Shown: positions 46,327 through 55,240 of the stretch, piece after piece
How positions within the stretch are numbered: position 1 is the stretch's first letter
Layout of the letters: the number at the start of each line of letters is the position of its first letter
Assembly: GCA_964491455.1 (NCBI GenBank)
Contig: CAZBFM010000001.1
Span: 149,388-213,387, forward strand
Origin: an uncultured Candidatus Saccharibacteria bacterium
GTDB taxonomy: Bacteria; Patescibacteriota; Minisyncoccia; 2-02-FULL-40-12; GWA2-44-9
Direction of reading: 5' to 3'
Length of the DNA stretch: 64,000 nt
Program-made: the position numbers and the translations under genes
Notes under the pieces: generated by a model
Seen by the model: only the letters and a program-made list of their open reading frames with translations
Database searches by the model: none
Told to the model about the DNA's origin: nothing

Positions 46327-48252
46327 TCACGAGATGCTTCGCGGGTCAATATCCACCAACCATCCATCGGGCAGGTGAGCTAAGAGCTCAGACAAACGAG
46401 CGGAGGGGAGTGTACTCTTGATGATGATTGTGTTTGACCATTTGCCGGCACTTTTTTCGACAAGCGTCGGAGCGGGTCCTAGCAGCTGAGTGCCGCGAGC
46501 TTTTAGATGCGCGATCGCGCGGGTAAGTCGGTCAGCTCCCACTGCTGCGGCACGACTTGATGCGGAGCGGTCACGGTGGCTAAACGTCAGCTTGATGATT
46601 CTTGAGTATGGGGGCCAACGAAGTTGCTTGCGGATAGAGAGTTCATCGGTAAAGTAGTCGCTCCATCGTCGTTGCTCGATATAGGGCGTGAGGCCGTCAT
46701 CCTGGTATGTTTGCAAAATGAGTCGCTCAGGATGAAAATCAGCAAGCTTTTCGAGGGTGAGTACGAGTCGGTCCTGTGCGCGATAGTCAGGATTGGATGT
46801 AAGTAAATCAAGATTAGGAACAATGACCGTTGAGAAATTTCGTACGTAGCGGTAGCTGAGCACCATACTCGTGGCAACCAGAATTGGTTGTAGTAAGGAG
46901 TCCAGCTCGGTGAACGTACGGCTCGCATCATCTGATTCAAGAATGAGATCAGAATCTAGGATGGGGATTTTCGGTTTCGGATATCCATACCGATCAAGGA
47001 GCGTCTGTATCGCCTCTACAAGCTTTTGACTCCCCGGCGAGCCCATCGGTGCCACTGCACCCGCTTTGCAGGTCGGACACTGAGGTGGCACGGATTGGTA
47101 CGCGGCGCATCGATAGCACACCAGCATATTCTCGCTGGTACGATGCCATCGCATGGGAGAAGAGCAGTTTTGGCACTCCACGCTGTGGTGGCATCGACGA
47201 CAACGCGCTGTCATAGCATACCCACGACGAGCAGAGTAGATGAGCAAAGGCTCTGCGCGCTCATAGGCATCGAGAATGGCATGCTCTGCCTGTCGGCTAA
47301 AAAGACCATGATGCCCCGCAGTTTCTTCTTCTTGCGCGCTTGAAATAGTAATCGCAGGCCACGCTGGTTTATCGAGTGTCACGGGTAGCGCCTTGGCTTG
47401 TTGAAGATGAAATTGCACGGTGCTCAGCGCTGATGTGAGCCATGAAATCGTAGCTCCATGCAAGAGGGCAAGATGGCGTGCAGTGTCGGATGCATTCAGT
47501 CGAGGCGTCATGTCGCTTTTGTAGAGTTCATTGAGCGGATCTTCGACAATCACATGACGCAATGATGACCACGGTAAAAATAGGGCATTCCTTGTCCCGA
47601 TCACATTGGTGATGGTTCCATCGAGAACGCCACGATAGATGCGCTTTAATTCAGTCGCTGGAAGTCCGGAGCGCACTAGGGTTGTAGTGGCGGTGATCTT
47701 CCGCTGGAGTGATTCGGCAATGATGCGGTCAGGAACAAGGATGAGAGTTTGACCCGACGATGATGCGTGAATTGCATTGATTCGACGAATGACTCCATCG
47801 GGATTCGTAACCGCGAGGTCGCTTTTCGGAGGTGCGGTACACGCTGGATTTGTATTGAGCGGACTGTGATCGATGGAGGCGCCGCGTTTGCCAATGGAGA
47901 GTGGAGCTATCGTAGTAAGCGCCGTTGCGAGTGAGCACGCATAGTGATTCGATAGCCATCTGGCCAGCTCAATCTGATGATGAGAAAGCTGCGGTGATAG
48001 CGCGACAATCGTCACGATCCGTTTCAATGAGAAGTCGGACTTCTTCACTGACATCTTCGCGCTTCGAATATCACGTGTCTCATGTACGAGTGCGGTGACG
48101 GCTCTGCGACCTATGGACACCCGCACGAGGCTACCTCGGGGAAGCTCATCGTTGCAGAAATAATCAAGCACGCTCGGTGCGTTGGCGGGCAGCTTGATGA
48201 GGGGAGTGACGCTGACGATATACATAACCTCATTGAAGCATATTGTCGTCAA
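46327..48252 (-). CDS. priA: Primosomal protein N' (PriA)-like, with zinc-binding Cys cluster but degenerate Walker A and DExH motifs
   Basis: N-terminal 3'BD-like region. CRRCHHSVECQNCSSPMRWH...CYRCAAYQSVPPQCPTCK is a PriA Cys-rich zinc region. Aligned to E. coli PriA, the GSGKT position reads AVTNPDG and DEEH reads EDPL. Sits in a priA-def-fmt arrangement. Confidence 0.75.
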   Translation of the reverse strand: MTTICFNEVMYIVSVTPLIKLPANAPSVLDYFCNDELPRGSLVRVSIGRRAVTALVHETRDIRSAKMSVKKSDFSLKRIVTIVALSPQLSHHQIELARWLSNHYACSLATALTTIAPLSIGKRGASIDHSPLNTNPACTAPPKSDLAVTNPDGVIRRINAIHASSSGQTLILVPDRIIAESLQRKITATTTLVRSGLPATELKRIYRGVLDGTITNVIGTRNALFLPWSSLRHVIVEDPLNELYKSDMTPRLNASDTARHLALLHGATISWLTSALSTVQFHLQQAKALPVTLDKPAWPAITISSAQEEETAGHHGLFSRQAEHAILDAYERAEPLLIYSARRGYAMTARCRRCHHSVECQNCSSPMRWHRTSENMLVCYRCAAYQSVPPQCPTCKAGAVAPMGSPGSQKLVEAIQTLLDRYGYPKPKIPILDSDLILESDDASRTFTELDSLLQPILVATSMVLSYRYVRNFSTVIVPNLDLLTSNPDYRAQDRLVLTLEKLADFHPERLILQTYQDDGLTPYIEQRRWSDYFTDELSIRKQLRWPPYSRIIKLTFSHRDRSASSRAAAVGADRLTRAIAHLKARGTQLLGPAPTLVEKSAGKWSNTIIIKSTLPSARLSELLAHLPDGWLVDIDPRSIS

Positions 48253-48329
48253 AATGCATCTGCGCGCGGATTGACGAAAACAATGAATTGCGTTATAAGA
48301 TGTTGTTATTTCACAACGAAGGAGTCGCC

Positions 48330-49145
48330 ATGAGTCTGAAAACGTTCATCGAAAAAACGCGAAAACTATCGACGTCAAAGCCAGTTGTCGATAGCCCCAC
48401 GGATCGTGCCGCGAGAGTCCTCGCTCAATTCTTTAGTGGGTACCTCGCACGGTTTGAGGCGGACCCTGCCCTCTTGTGTGAGGGAAGTACGGATTGCCGT
48501 TTTACCGAAAACCTTCTCCCCGCGATTCTGTACGACGGAATCGAGGAGTTGGCGGCATCCGAAGACAAGGAATGTGAACGCCTGAGGTATCTCTATTCAC
48601 TACACCAGCGACTGCCTATTGTGTCATTGGAGGGTCTTGAGGCTACCCATCCAAAGTCCACGAGTCTCGCTCGTTCAAACCTCATTCGAATTATCGAGAG
48701 ATTCGTGGAGGACACTGCAGGGCAAAGCGCTGCAGTGCGCGTTGAGCGCTATATTAATACGCCTCTGTATGCTTTGAGGCACAGTTTCGATGGCTTTCTT
48801 CGAACGGTGTACCGAAAGGGACTCTATGCGCTTGTGCGACAACACGCGCGTGTGTCACGAGAGTCGCGCGGTACATTTGGCCGAACAGCGATTACCACGT
48901 ACGTCGCTGACGGAGAGGTTCGCATTACATTTTCACGCACACCAAATGGACGCAAGGCAAGCGAGCTGCGACTTCTGCGATTTTGCGTATCCGATACTAC
49001 CCGTGGAACGAATACGGAATTCTATGGCTGTGATGTTGATCTGAAAACCGCACTCGCGATGATCGAAGATGTGAGAACGCATTGGCCGTCGGAGGTGCAG
49101 AGGCAGCGTAAGGCCTTCAGGGCACACATCGCCCGATGCGATTGA
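48330..49145 (+). CDS. Hypothetical protein (271 aa)
   Basis: AAGGAG RBS 6 nt upstream of ATG 48330. No family recognised. Confidence 0.5.
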   Translation: MSLKTFIEKTRKLSTSKPVVDSPTDRAARVLAQFFSGYLARFEADPALLCEGSTDCRFTENLLPAILYDGIEELAASEDKECERLRYLYSLHQRLPIVSLEGLEATHPKSTSLARSNLIRIIERFVEDTAGQSAAVRVERYINTPLYALRHSFDGFLRTVYRKGLYALVRQHARVSRESRGTFGRTAITTYVADGEVRITFSRTPNGRKASELRLLRFCVSDTTRGTNTEFYGCDVDLKTALAMIEDVRTHWPSEVQRQRKAFRAHIARCD

Positions 49146-49159
49146 CGCGAAGTAAACAC

Positions 49160-49188
49160 AAGGCTCACTCATGCGGTGAGCCTTTTTT
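49160..49188 (+). terminator. Rho-independent terminator
   Basis: aaggctcac-tcatgcg-gtgagcctt followed by TTTTTT. Confidence 0.8.
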
Positions 49189-49206
49189 CATCCCCGAATA
49201 CCTGAT

Positions 49207-50514
49207 ATGCTTTACTCTATGAACGTAAAAGTACGAATTGCCCCGTCACCAACGGGACATCTGCATATTGGCACTGCTAGAACGGCGCTATTTAATTGGC
49301 TGTTTGCGCGTCATCACGGTGGTGAGTTTATTGTTCGAATCGAAGACACAGATGTCGAGCGCTCAAAGAAGGAATTTGAGCATAATATAGTAAGTGGTTT
49401 GCGCTGGCTCGGTATCGATTGGGATAACACTGAGCTCATTCGTCAATCAGAGCGCTTGCCTGCGTATCGCGCTCGACTCGAAGCGATGCTTGCTAGCGGC
49501 GCTGCAGCATGGCGTACATATTCGGAAGCAGAACAACTCGAGATGACGCAAGCGGGACGAGCTGCGCGCGATAAGGTAATTGTTCTTGTCGATGGGAATG
49601 ATCCCGAGCGTGAGATTGTATTTGACGATATCATCCGTGGCAATGTTTCCGTTCGCTGTAAGCATATCGGCCAAATTGTCCTCGCCAAAGATCTCGACAC
49701 GCCATTGTATAACTTTGCCGTAGTAGTCGATGATATCGATATGGAGATTACGCACGTAATTCGTGGTGAAGATCACATTTCCAATACTCCCAAGCAGCTG
49801 CTGATCTACGAGGCATTGGGTGCGACGGCACCGCATTTCGCGCACCTGCCCCTTATTTTGGGGTCAGATCGAAGTAAGATGTCAAAGCGTGACGGCGCGA
49901 CCAATATGGATGATTATCAAAAGGACTACCTACCCGACGCCCTCGTGTCGTTTATGGGTCAACTTGGGTATACATATGATCAGGAATTGCTGGATAAGGA
50001 TGAAATGGCGATGCAATTTGATCTCTCGAAAGTTCACTCATCAGGTGCAATCTTTGACATCCGAAAATTGCGCTGGACGAATTCGCAGTACATCAAACGG
50101 ATGGCTCCCGATGCCTTTCGTGCTCGTATTGGCATGCCTGAGCTTTCCGATGCTGCCGTTGCTATCATGACGGAACGATTAGAGCAGTTGTCTGATATCG
50201 AACAGTTCTCATATCTTTGGAAGCGACCTGAGTATGAGCCGGAAGTCCTTCTCTGGAAGGAAGATACCCGTCAGACCGCAGTGAGAGCTCTTCAGGCATG
50301 CCTTGAGCTCGCACTGAATAATGAGCTACATCTTGAGCAGCTCGATGCACTTGCTGTGCAATCCTTCGACGCAAAGAAAGGGAGTGTCTATTGGCCTCTT
50401 CGAACATCGCTCTCCGGGCTGCGAAATAGCGCTGCTCCTCTTGATATCGCAAATGCACTTGGACGAGATGAAACTATCAAGCGAATTGAGTTTGCGATTG
50501 CCATGCTCTCATGA
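49207..50514 (+). CDS. gltX: Glutamyl-tRNA synthetase
   Basis: RIAPSPTGHLHIGTARTALFNWLFAR (HIGH) and KMSKRDG (KMSKS). The start may be the ATG at 49219. Confidence 0.9.
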   Translation: MLYSMNVKVRIAPSPTGHLHIGTARTALFNWLFARHHGGEFIVRIEDTDVERSKKEFEHNIVSGLRWLGIDWDNTELIRQSERLPAYRARLEAMLASGAAAWRTYSEAEQLEMTQAGRAARDKVIVLVDGNDPEREIVFDDIIRGNVSVRCKHIGQIVLAKDLDTPLYNFAVVVDDIDMEITHVIRGEDHISNTPKQLLIYEALGATAPHFAHLPLILGSDRSKMSKRDGATNMDDYQKDYLPDALVSFMGQLGYTYDQELLDKDEMAMQFDLSKVHSSGAIFDIRKLRWTNSQYIKRMAPDAFRARIGMPELSDAAVAIMTERLEQLSDIEQFSYLWKRPEYEPEVLLWKEDTRQTAVRALQACLELALNNELHLEQLDALAVQSFDAKKGSVYWPLRTSLSGLRNSAAPLDIANALGRDETIKRIEFAIAMLS

Positions 50515-51767
50515 AACGTTTCGCATTTCTTTTAACGTTCCTAACGGTTGTTTGTTTGATTGGTGAAAGTGTCATTCACGCGCAAACGACCGATGAGTTG
50601 CGCATGGCGGAGTTGCAATTTCAAATCGATACGCTCGAGCGTGAGGCATCAGCGAAGCGCGCGATTATTGCCACCACTCATGAACAGCAAGACTCGCTCA
50701 AGAAAGCTATTGCATTGATACAGAATCAAATTGCCGCGGTGCAGTCCGAACTTTCAGCGACTGCTGCGAAAATCGATAAGACAAAAATCCAGATATCATC
50801 GGTTGAGCAAGCAATCATTGATAAGCGCGCTGAAATGACTCGCAAGCGTGAGACCATTGGGAGGATGGTGTTCTACTTGGATAGGACGGATCAGGATAGC
50901 GTTATTGCAAATCTCTTTAAATACGAAAATCTTTCTGAGTTCGTTGCGCAGGTGCATGATCTTGGTCGCGTGCAAAATGAAATCATGAATGCTATCAAGG
51001 ATATCAAAGACGCGAAGGAATCGCTTCAGCAAGATAAAAGCGATCTCGAGGCGCAACAAAACAAGTTACAACAATTAAGTGATGAAGCATACCAACGAGC
51101 CAATCAACTCGCTGGTGCGAAGGGCGAAAAAGCTCGTGTGCTTACCGTCACGAAAGGCCAAGAAGCAACATACCAAAAGCAGTTAGCGCAAATTGAAGAG
51201 CAAAAATCTGCGTACTTTATGCAGCTACGCGAGCTTGAATTAAAGGTGGTTTCCGGCGGGCTCTACATCGTGCATATTACGGCTAGCTCCGTCCCCGCCA
51301 AGGGTACAAAACTATTTACGGCACCAGAGGACCGTGCATATATCACGCAGGGTTATGGCTGTACGAAGTATGCTCGTTGCAATAACAAGCGAGGGCCGTA
51401 CGGTGGCGCCCCGCATAATGGCGTCGATTATGCCGCTGGCTATGGAAGTCCCATCAAAGCAATTGGCGCAGGAAAGATTGTGGCCAATGGACTCAACAAT
51501 AGTGGCTGGGGCAATTGGATTGCGATTCAACACACGAATAATATGGTTTCATTGTACGGGCACATGAGCTCGTTTGCGGGGCTGTCTGTTGGGGCAACTG
51601 TTGAGGGAGGTCAAGTCATTGGCTATGAAGGACGCACTGGCGCAGCAACCGGATCGCATCTGCATCTTTCGTTGTACAAGGACTTCTTTACGTATATTAA
51701 AGATGCCAATGGTCAGCTCAACTTCAATTACTTCGATGGCACGCTCAATCCTCTCAACTACATGTAG
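50511..51767 (+). CDS. M23-family peptidoglycan metalloendopeptidase with N-terminal signal/TM and long coiled-coil (EnvC-like)
   Basis: HNGVDYAAGYGSPIKAIGAGKIV and GSHLHLSLY are M23 motifs (HxxxD, HxH). The N-terminal 250 aa are coiled coil. Confidence 0.8.
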   Translation: MKRFAFLLTFLTVVCLIGESVIHAQTTDELRMAELQFQIDTLEREASAKRAIIATTHEQQDSLKKAIALIQNQIAAVQSELSATAAKIDKTKIQISSVEQAIIDKRAEMTRKRETIGRMVFYLDRTDQDSVIANLFKYENLSEFVAQVHDLGRVQNEIMNAIKDIKDAKESLQQDKSDLEAQQNKLQQLSDEAYQRANQLAGAKGEKARVLTVTKGQEATYQKQLAQIEEQKSAYFMQLRELELKVVSGGLYIVHITASSVPAKGTKLFTAPEDRAYITQGYGCTKYARCNNKRGPYGGAPHNGVDYAAGYGSPIKAIGAGKIVANGLNNSGWGNWIAIQHTNNMVSLYGHMSSFAGLSVGATVEGGQVIGYEGRTGAATGSHLHLSLYKDFFTYIKDANGQLNFNYFDGTLNPLNYM

Positions 51768-51785
51768 CAATTGAGATTTGTGTAA

Positions 51786-51812
51786 GAAAAAAGGGGAGCG
51801 ATGCTCCCCTTT
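51786..51812. terminator. Bidirectional terminator hairpin
   Basis: aaaaaa-ggggagc-gatg-ctcccct followed by ttgtg. Confidence 0.6.
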
Positions 51813-51821
51813 GTGCACGCA

Positions 51822-52085
51822 TCAGTCTACTTGGTCCTGCGGTACAGGTTGCGGCAAGATCAGAAACGACTGCTGAAGCTGCGCTCTGCCATTAATGTCA
51901 CGCATCTCGTCGTTGACGCCAGCAATCGTGCAAGCAACTGTGATTTCAACTTTGGCACTGAGTTGATGTTCGGCGAGCTGCTCAACGATTCGTGTAGCCA
52001 TGGTGCGGACAATATGATCCAACTCCTTCGCCGCCACGCTTACAGACTGGAGCGCGATTCCGTTACTATCAACATTTTGTTTCAT
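51822..52085 (-). CDS. Hypothetical small protein (87 aa)
   Basis: ORF with balanced composition, MKQNVDSNGIALQSVSVAAKELDHIVRTMATRIVEQL.... A terminator lies downstream on the minus strand. Confidence 0.35.
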   Translation of the reverse strand: MKQNVDSNGIALQSVSVAAKELDHIVRTMATRIVEQLAEHQLSAKVEITVACTIAGVNDEMRDINGRAQLQQSFLILPQPVPQDQVD

Positions 52086-52434
52086 ACATACCCCAAGCTT
52101 GATTTACCAGCGAATGCCGTCAGAGTCAAGAATAGGGGAGGCGCACACTAAAAACACGATACGTGAATTAATGACAAGCACGCGACAAAAAACGTTCCGC
52201 GAGTTGTTTCAAAAATGGCTGAACGTTTCGATGAATATTCAAAAAAGCTGAAAATAGTAATTGATAAAAACTTGTATTCGAATTTGCTTCGTTGCGTCGA
52301 TCTCGAAGAGTGACGGACAATCCTTGAGTGACACGAGAGAGGACGTGGATCGCTACGTGATTCATGTATGAGCGCGTGAGATTACGCGTATAAATATAAA
52401 AACCGATAAGATGGCAACCGCTCATTTTTGAGCA

Positions 52435-52462
52435 TTAACAGGGGATTTGTCGTGGTTATAAT
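52435..52462 (+). promoter_or_regulatory. Sigma70-like promoter upstream of the nuclease pair
   Basis: TTAACA (52435..52440), 16 nt, TATAAT (52457..52462). Confidence 0.4.
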
Positions 52463-52609
52463 GACGCATAATCCACATTGTACGACAGATCAAATCAGTT
52501 CGACATGGCAGTCCCCTGTAGCGCAAGGGCCGCATGGACACAGATGCATCCCATGCATAAAGTCCCCACGCGTCTTGCCCTTCTAGTATGGTATGGGTAC
52601 ACTTCCCTC

Positions 52610-53281
52610 ATGTCGCGCGTCGTTATAGATATTGAAACTGTCGGCGTTGAGTTTACATCGCTCGACGCGCAAGCCCAAGAATACTTGCTCAAGCACGCTT
52701 TAACACCAGAACAAAAAGATGCGGTTCCGGAGACACTGAGCTTCTCTCCATTGACTGGTCAGATTGTAGCGATCGCCATTCTCAATCCTGACACAAAGAA
52801 GGGCGCTGTGTATTATCAGGCGCCTAATAGCGCGCCTAGTGAATTCGAAGAAGACGGTATTCTGTATGCATCGGGCTCTGAGGCAGATATCCTTGAGAAG
52901 TTTTGGCGTGCCATAGGATTTTACGAACAGGTCGTTACGTTTAATGGCCGCTCATTCGATGGGCCATATCTCATGGTACGATCTGCGGTTAACAAAGTGA
53001 GACCAACGAAGAATCTTGTCCCGTATCGCTATGGTGATGATCATATCGATCTATTCGATAGACTGGGCTTCTTTGGTGCAGTGCGGCGGACGATGAGTTT
53101 GCATATGTGGTGTCAGGCGTTCGGAATTCGATCCAGTAAATCGGGCGCCATTAATGGATACGAGGTTCCACGATACTTCAAGGAAGGTAAATATATCGAT
53201 ATTGCGCGCTACTGTTTTGATGATATACGTGCCACTGCGGAGTTGTTTGAGTATTGGAATACCTATATCAATATTCGTTAG
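52610..53281 (+). CDS. DEDDy-type 3'-5' exonuclease (RNase H-like fold, PolB-exonuclease-related/YprB-like); may start earlier at ATG 52505
   Basis: Exo I VVIDIETVGV (D-x-E), Exo II VVTFNGRSFDGPYL, Exo III YCFDDIRATAEL (Y-x3-D). Confidence 0.7.
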   Translation: MSRVVIDIETVGVEFTSLDAQAQEYLLKHALTPEQKDAVPETLSFSPLTGQIVAIAILNPDTKKGAVYYQAPNSAPSEFEEDGILYASGSEADILEKFWRAIGFYEQVVTFNGRSFDGPYLMVRSAVNKVRPTKNLVPYRYGDDHIDLFDRLGFFGAVRRTMSLHMWCQAFGIRSSKSGAINGYEVPRYFKEGKYIDIARYCFDDIRATAELFEYWNTYINIR

Positions 53282-53282
53282 C

Positions 53283-54038
53283 ATGGAGTACGACTCCGTC
53301 GAGACATTTCGGGAGCGTGCTGGGTATACGATTCAGGGTGTCTGGTATCCTCGAGTCACCGCGATCTTGTCAATTAAAGCCAAGCCCGCACTTTTACGCT
53401 ATTACGGGGGCATGAGAAGCTTTAAGGCTGCTGATGATGCAAAGGAAGCGAGCGCTCGCGAAGGTACGATGGTTCATGAAGCAGTTGCGGCTATTGCGGC
53501 TGGACGGCATGATGTGATCGTTGACCCGCTCGTGCGACCATCAGTCGATGCATTTCATGAATTCTTGCGAAATAACAATGTCGAACCGATTCTCATCGAA
53601 GAGCGCGTTATTCACCAGCAGTATGGATATGCAGGTACTGTAGATATGGTCGCAAGAATCAATGGAACCGTCGGTGTGCTTGATATCAAAACAGGAAAAC
53701 GGATGTACCGCGATTACGGCATTCAAACTGCCGCCTACGTACAGGCCGTTGCGCAAAGGTCAGATGTGCCTACTCCTACAACGAGTTGGGTGTTACGGTT
53801 GGACCAGTGCCGAACCTGTGTCCTTTGTGGGGTCACGCTACGCACAAAGGGTGGTATGTTCCGGGTCAGTGCAGGAGGCAAGGGCTGCACGCATAGCTGG
53901 CTTCCTATGCAAGGCATTTTTGAATTTGAAGAGATGCATGATGCTGCAAATAACTTTAAAGCCTTTCTCGCTTCAAAGGAATTATGGCAGTGGGAGCATC
54001 AAGCGTATATCCGTCAGCTCACTGCGGAGCTACGGTAG
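53283..54038 (+). CDS. PD-(D/E)XK nuclease of the Cas4/RecB-like family with a C-terminal Cys cluster
   Basis: GTVDMVARINGTVGVLDIKTGK (D...D/ExK), IQTAAY (QxxxY), then CRTCVLCG...GC (C-x2-C-x2-C-x24-C). The ATG at 53283 directly follows the TAG of the upstream exonuclease. Confidence 0.7.
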   Translation: MEYDSVETFRERAGYTIQGVWYPRVTAILSIKAKPALLRYYGGMRSFKAADDAKEASAREGTMVHEAVAAIAAGRHDVIVDPLVRPSVDAFHEFLRNNNVEPILIEERVIHQQYGYAGTVDMVARINGTVGVLDIKTGKRMYRDYGIQTAAYVQAVAQRSDVPTPTTSWVLRLDQCRTCVLCGVTLRTKGGMFRVSAGGKGCTHSWLPMQGIFEFEEMHDAANNFKAFLASKELWQWEHQAYIRQLTAELR

Positions 54039-54413
54039 GCAGTTGCCTGCAAGTGTATAGCCAGCACGAAGTGCGTCTTGTTCTGAGGGAAGCCATACGC
54101 GGTTAGTCTCCTTTATACGCTTGCCACTGGCACACCAGCTATAGTGATACTTTTTACTCGAAGAGTTTCTTGAAGTCACTACGCGCGTATCGCTCTTATT
54201 AACCGTGGTTCGCTCCCCTATTGTCGGCGTCTGCGAAACAATTGATTCACGCGTATGAAGAAGCGCAGAGGACTGCGCGGGTTGTACACCCCGCCGCGCC
54301 TCAATAAGTCCAATATTGTACGCTGACCAGCCAATACAGAGCATAATAAAAGCCCGCCAAAGCAGCTCTTTGTGGTGTTTGACGAAGTCCCCTATTCTTG
54401 CTATGATAGCCAT
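54030..54413 (-). CDS. Membrane-anchored protein with Ada-like zinc-binding (Ada_Zn_binding-type) C-terminal domain
   Basis: N-terminal TM (LWRAFIMLCIGWSAYNIGLI). The C-terminus KKYHYSWCASGKRIKETNRVWLPSEQDALRAGYTLAGNC resembles the Ada N-terminal metal-binding fold (YH..C....I....RVWF.S.EEA...GY..C). Confidence 0.5.
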   Translation of the reverse strand: MAIIARIGDFVKHHKELLWRAFIMLCIGWSAYNIGLIEARRGVQPAQSSALLHTRESIVSQTPTIGERTTVNKSDTRVVTSRNSSSKKYHYSWCASGKRIKETNRVWLPSEQDALRAGYTLAGNCLP

Positions 54414-54477
54414 ACGTGTAAGTGCGACATCCCCGTGATTACACTGTTTTACCAGAATAATTTAACTACGCCAATCC

Positions 54478-54753
54478 ATGGCACATACCAAAGCTATAGG
54501 CTCTACGCAGCTAGGACGAGATAGTCGCCCTCAGTATCGTGGAGTCAAAATTCATGATGGTCAGAAGGTCATAATCGGGAATATCATCGTGCGCCAAACC
54601 GGAAGTTCAATGGTTGCTGGTGATGGCGTCCGAACGGGATCTGATTATACGCTCTACGCAATTCGAGATGGTGTCGTGCGTTTTTCGACGAAGAACAAAC
54701 AGTCATTTAATGGCTCTCGAAGAGTTATTAAGGAAGTATCAGTCGAAGCATAA
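54478..54753 (+). CDS. rpmA: Ribosomal protein L27
   Basis: MAHTKAIGSTQLGRDSRPQYRGVK...GNIIVRQTGSSMVAG. Confidence 0.9.
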   Translation: MAHTKAIGSTQLGRDSRPQYRGVKIHDGQKVIIGNIIVRQTGSSMVAGDGVRTGSDYTLYAIRDGVVRFSTKNKQSFNGSRRVIKEVSVEA

Positions 54754-54782
54754 AAAACGCCCCACATGGGGCGTTTTTTTTA
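54752..54782. terminator. Bidirectional rho-independent terminator (rpmA/rplI)
   Basis: aaaaaa-cgccccacatggggcg-tttttttt. Confidence 0.8.
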
Positions 54783-55229
54783 TTCTGCTGCAGTGATTTC
54801 GAGCATGATGTGCGCAACCAGATGCTCGCCGAGTCTCACATTAATTGTGTGCAAGCCGATCTTTTTTAGCTGATCATCAGCTTCGATGGAGGAAGCTGAG
54901 ATACGCGCACCTGCTACAATACTGATTCGTTGCGCTAATTCGTCTTTCGAAATACTAGAAAATAAAGTTCCCTTCGCACTTGCTTTGGCGGGAATTGATA
55001 TTGTAACTGAAGAAAGTTTTGTGAGGAGCTGTTGTGCTTCAGCTTCGGCCAGTTGCGATGCTTGAAGCTTTTGAGTCCTTATGAGCTCGGATTCCTTTAG
55101 CGAATGAGTCGTCGCCGGCTTCCCTAGTTTTCGTGGGATCAGATAGTTCCTCGCGTATCCGTCATTGACGTCTTTAATATCCCCTACCCGTCCGATGCCT
55201 TTGATGTTGGTTAGGAGTACGACTTTCAT
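54780..55229 (-). CDS. rplI: Ribosomal protein L9
   Basis: MKVVLLTNIKGIGRVGDIKDVNDGYARNYLIPRKLG. Confidence 0.9.
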   Translation of the reverse strand: MKVVLLTNIKGIGRVGDIKDVNDGYARNYLIPRKLGKPATTHSLKESELIRTQKLQASQLAEAEAQQLLTKLSSVTISIPAKASAKGTLFSSISKDELAQRISIVAGARISASSIEADDQLKKIGLHTINVRLGEHLVAHIMLEITAAE

Positions 55230-55240
55230 AGTGCGATATC

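Noticed and set aside
52168-52425. 85-aa minus-strand ORF inside the long noncoding region
   Set aside because: No RBS, odd composition, and it spans predicted promoter and hairpin elements. More likely noncoding.
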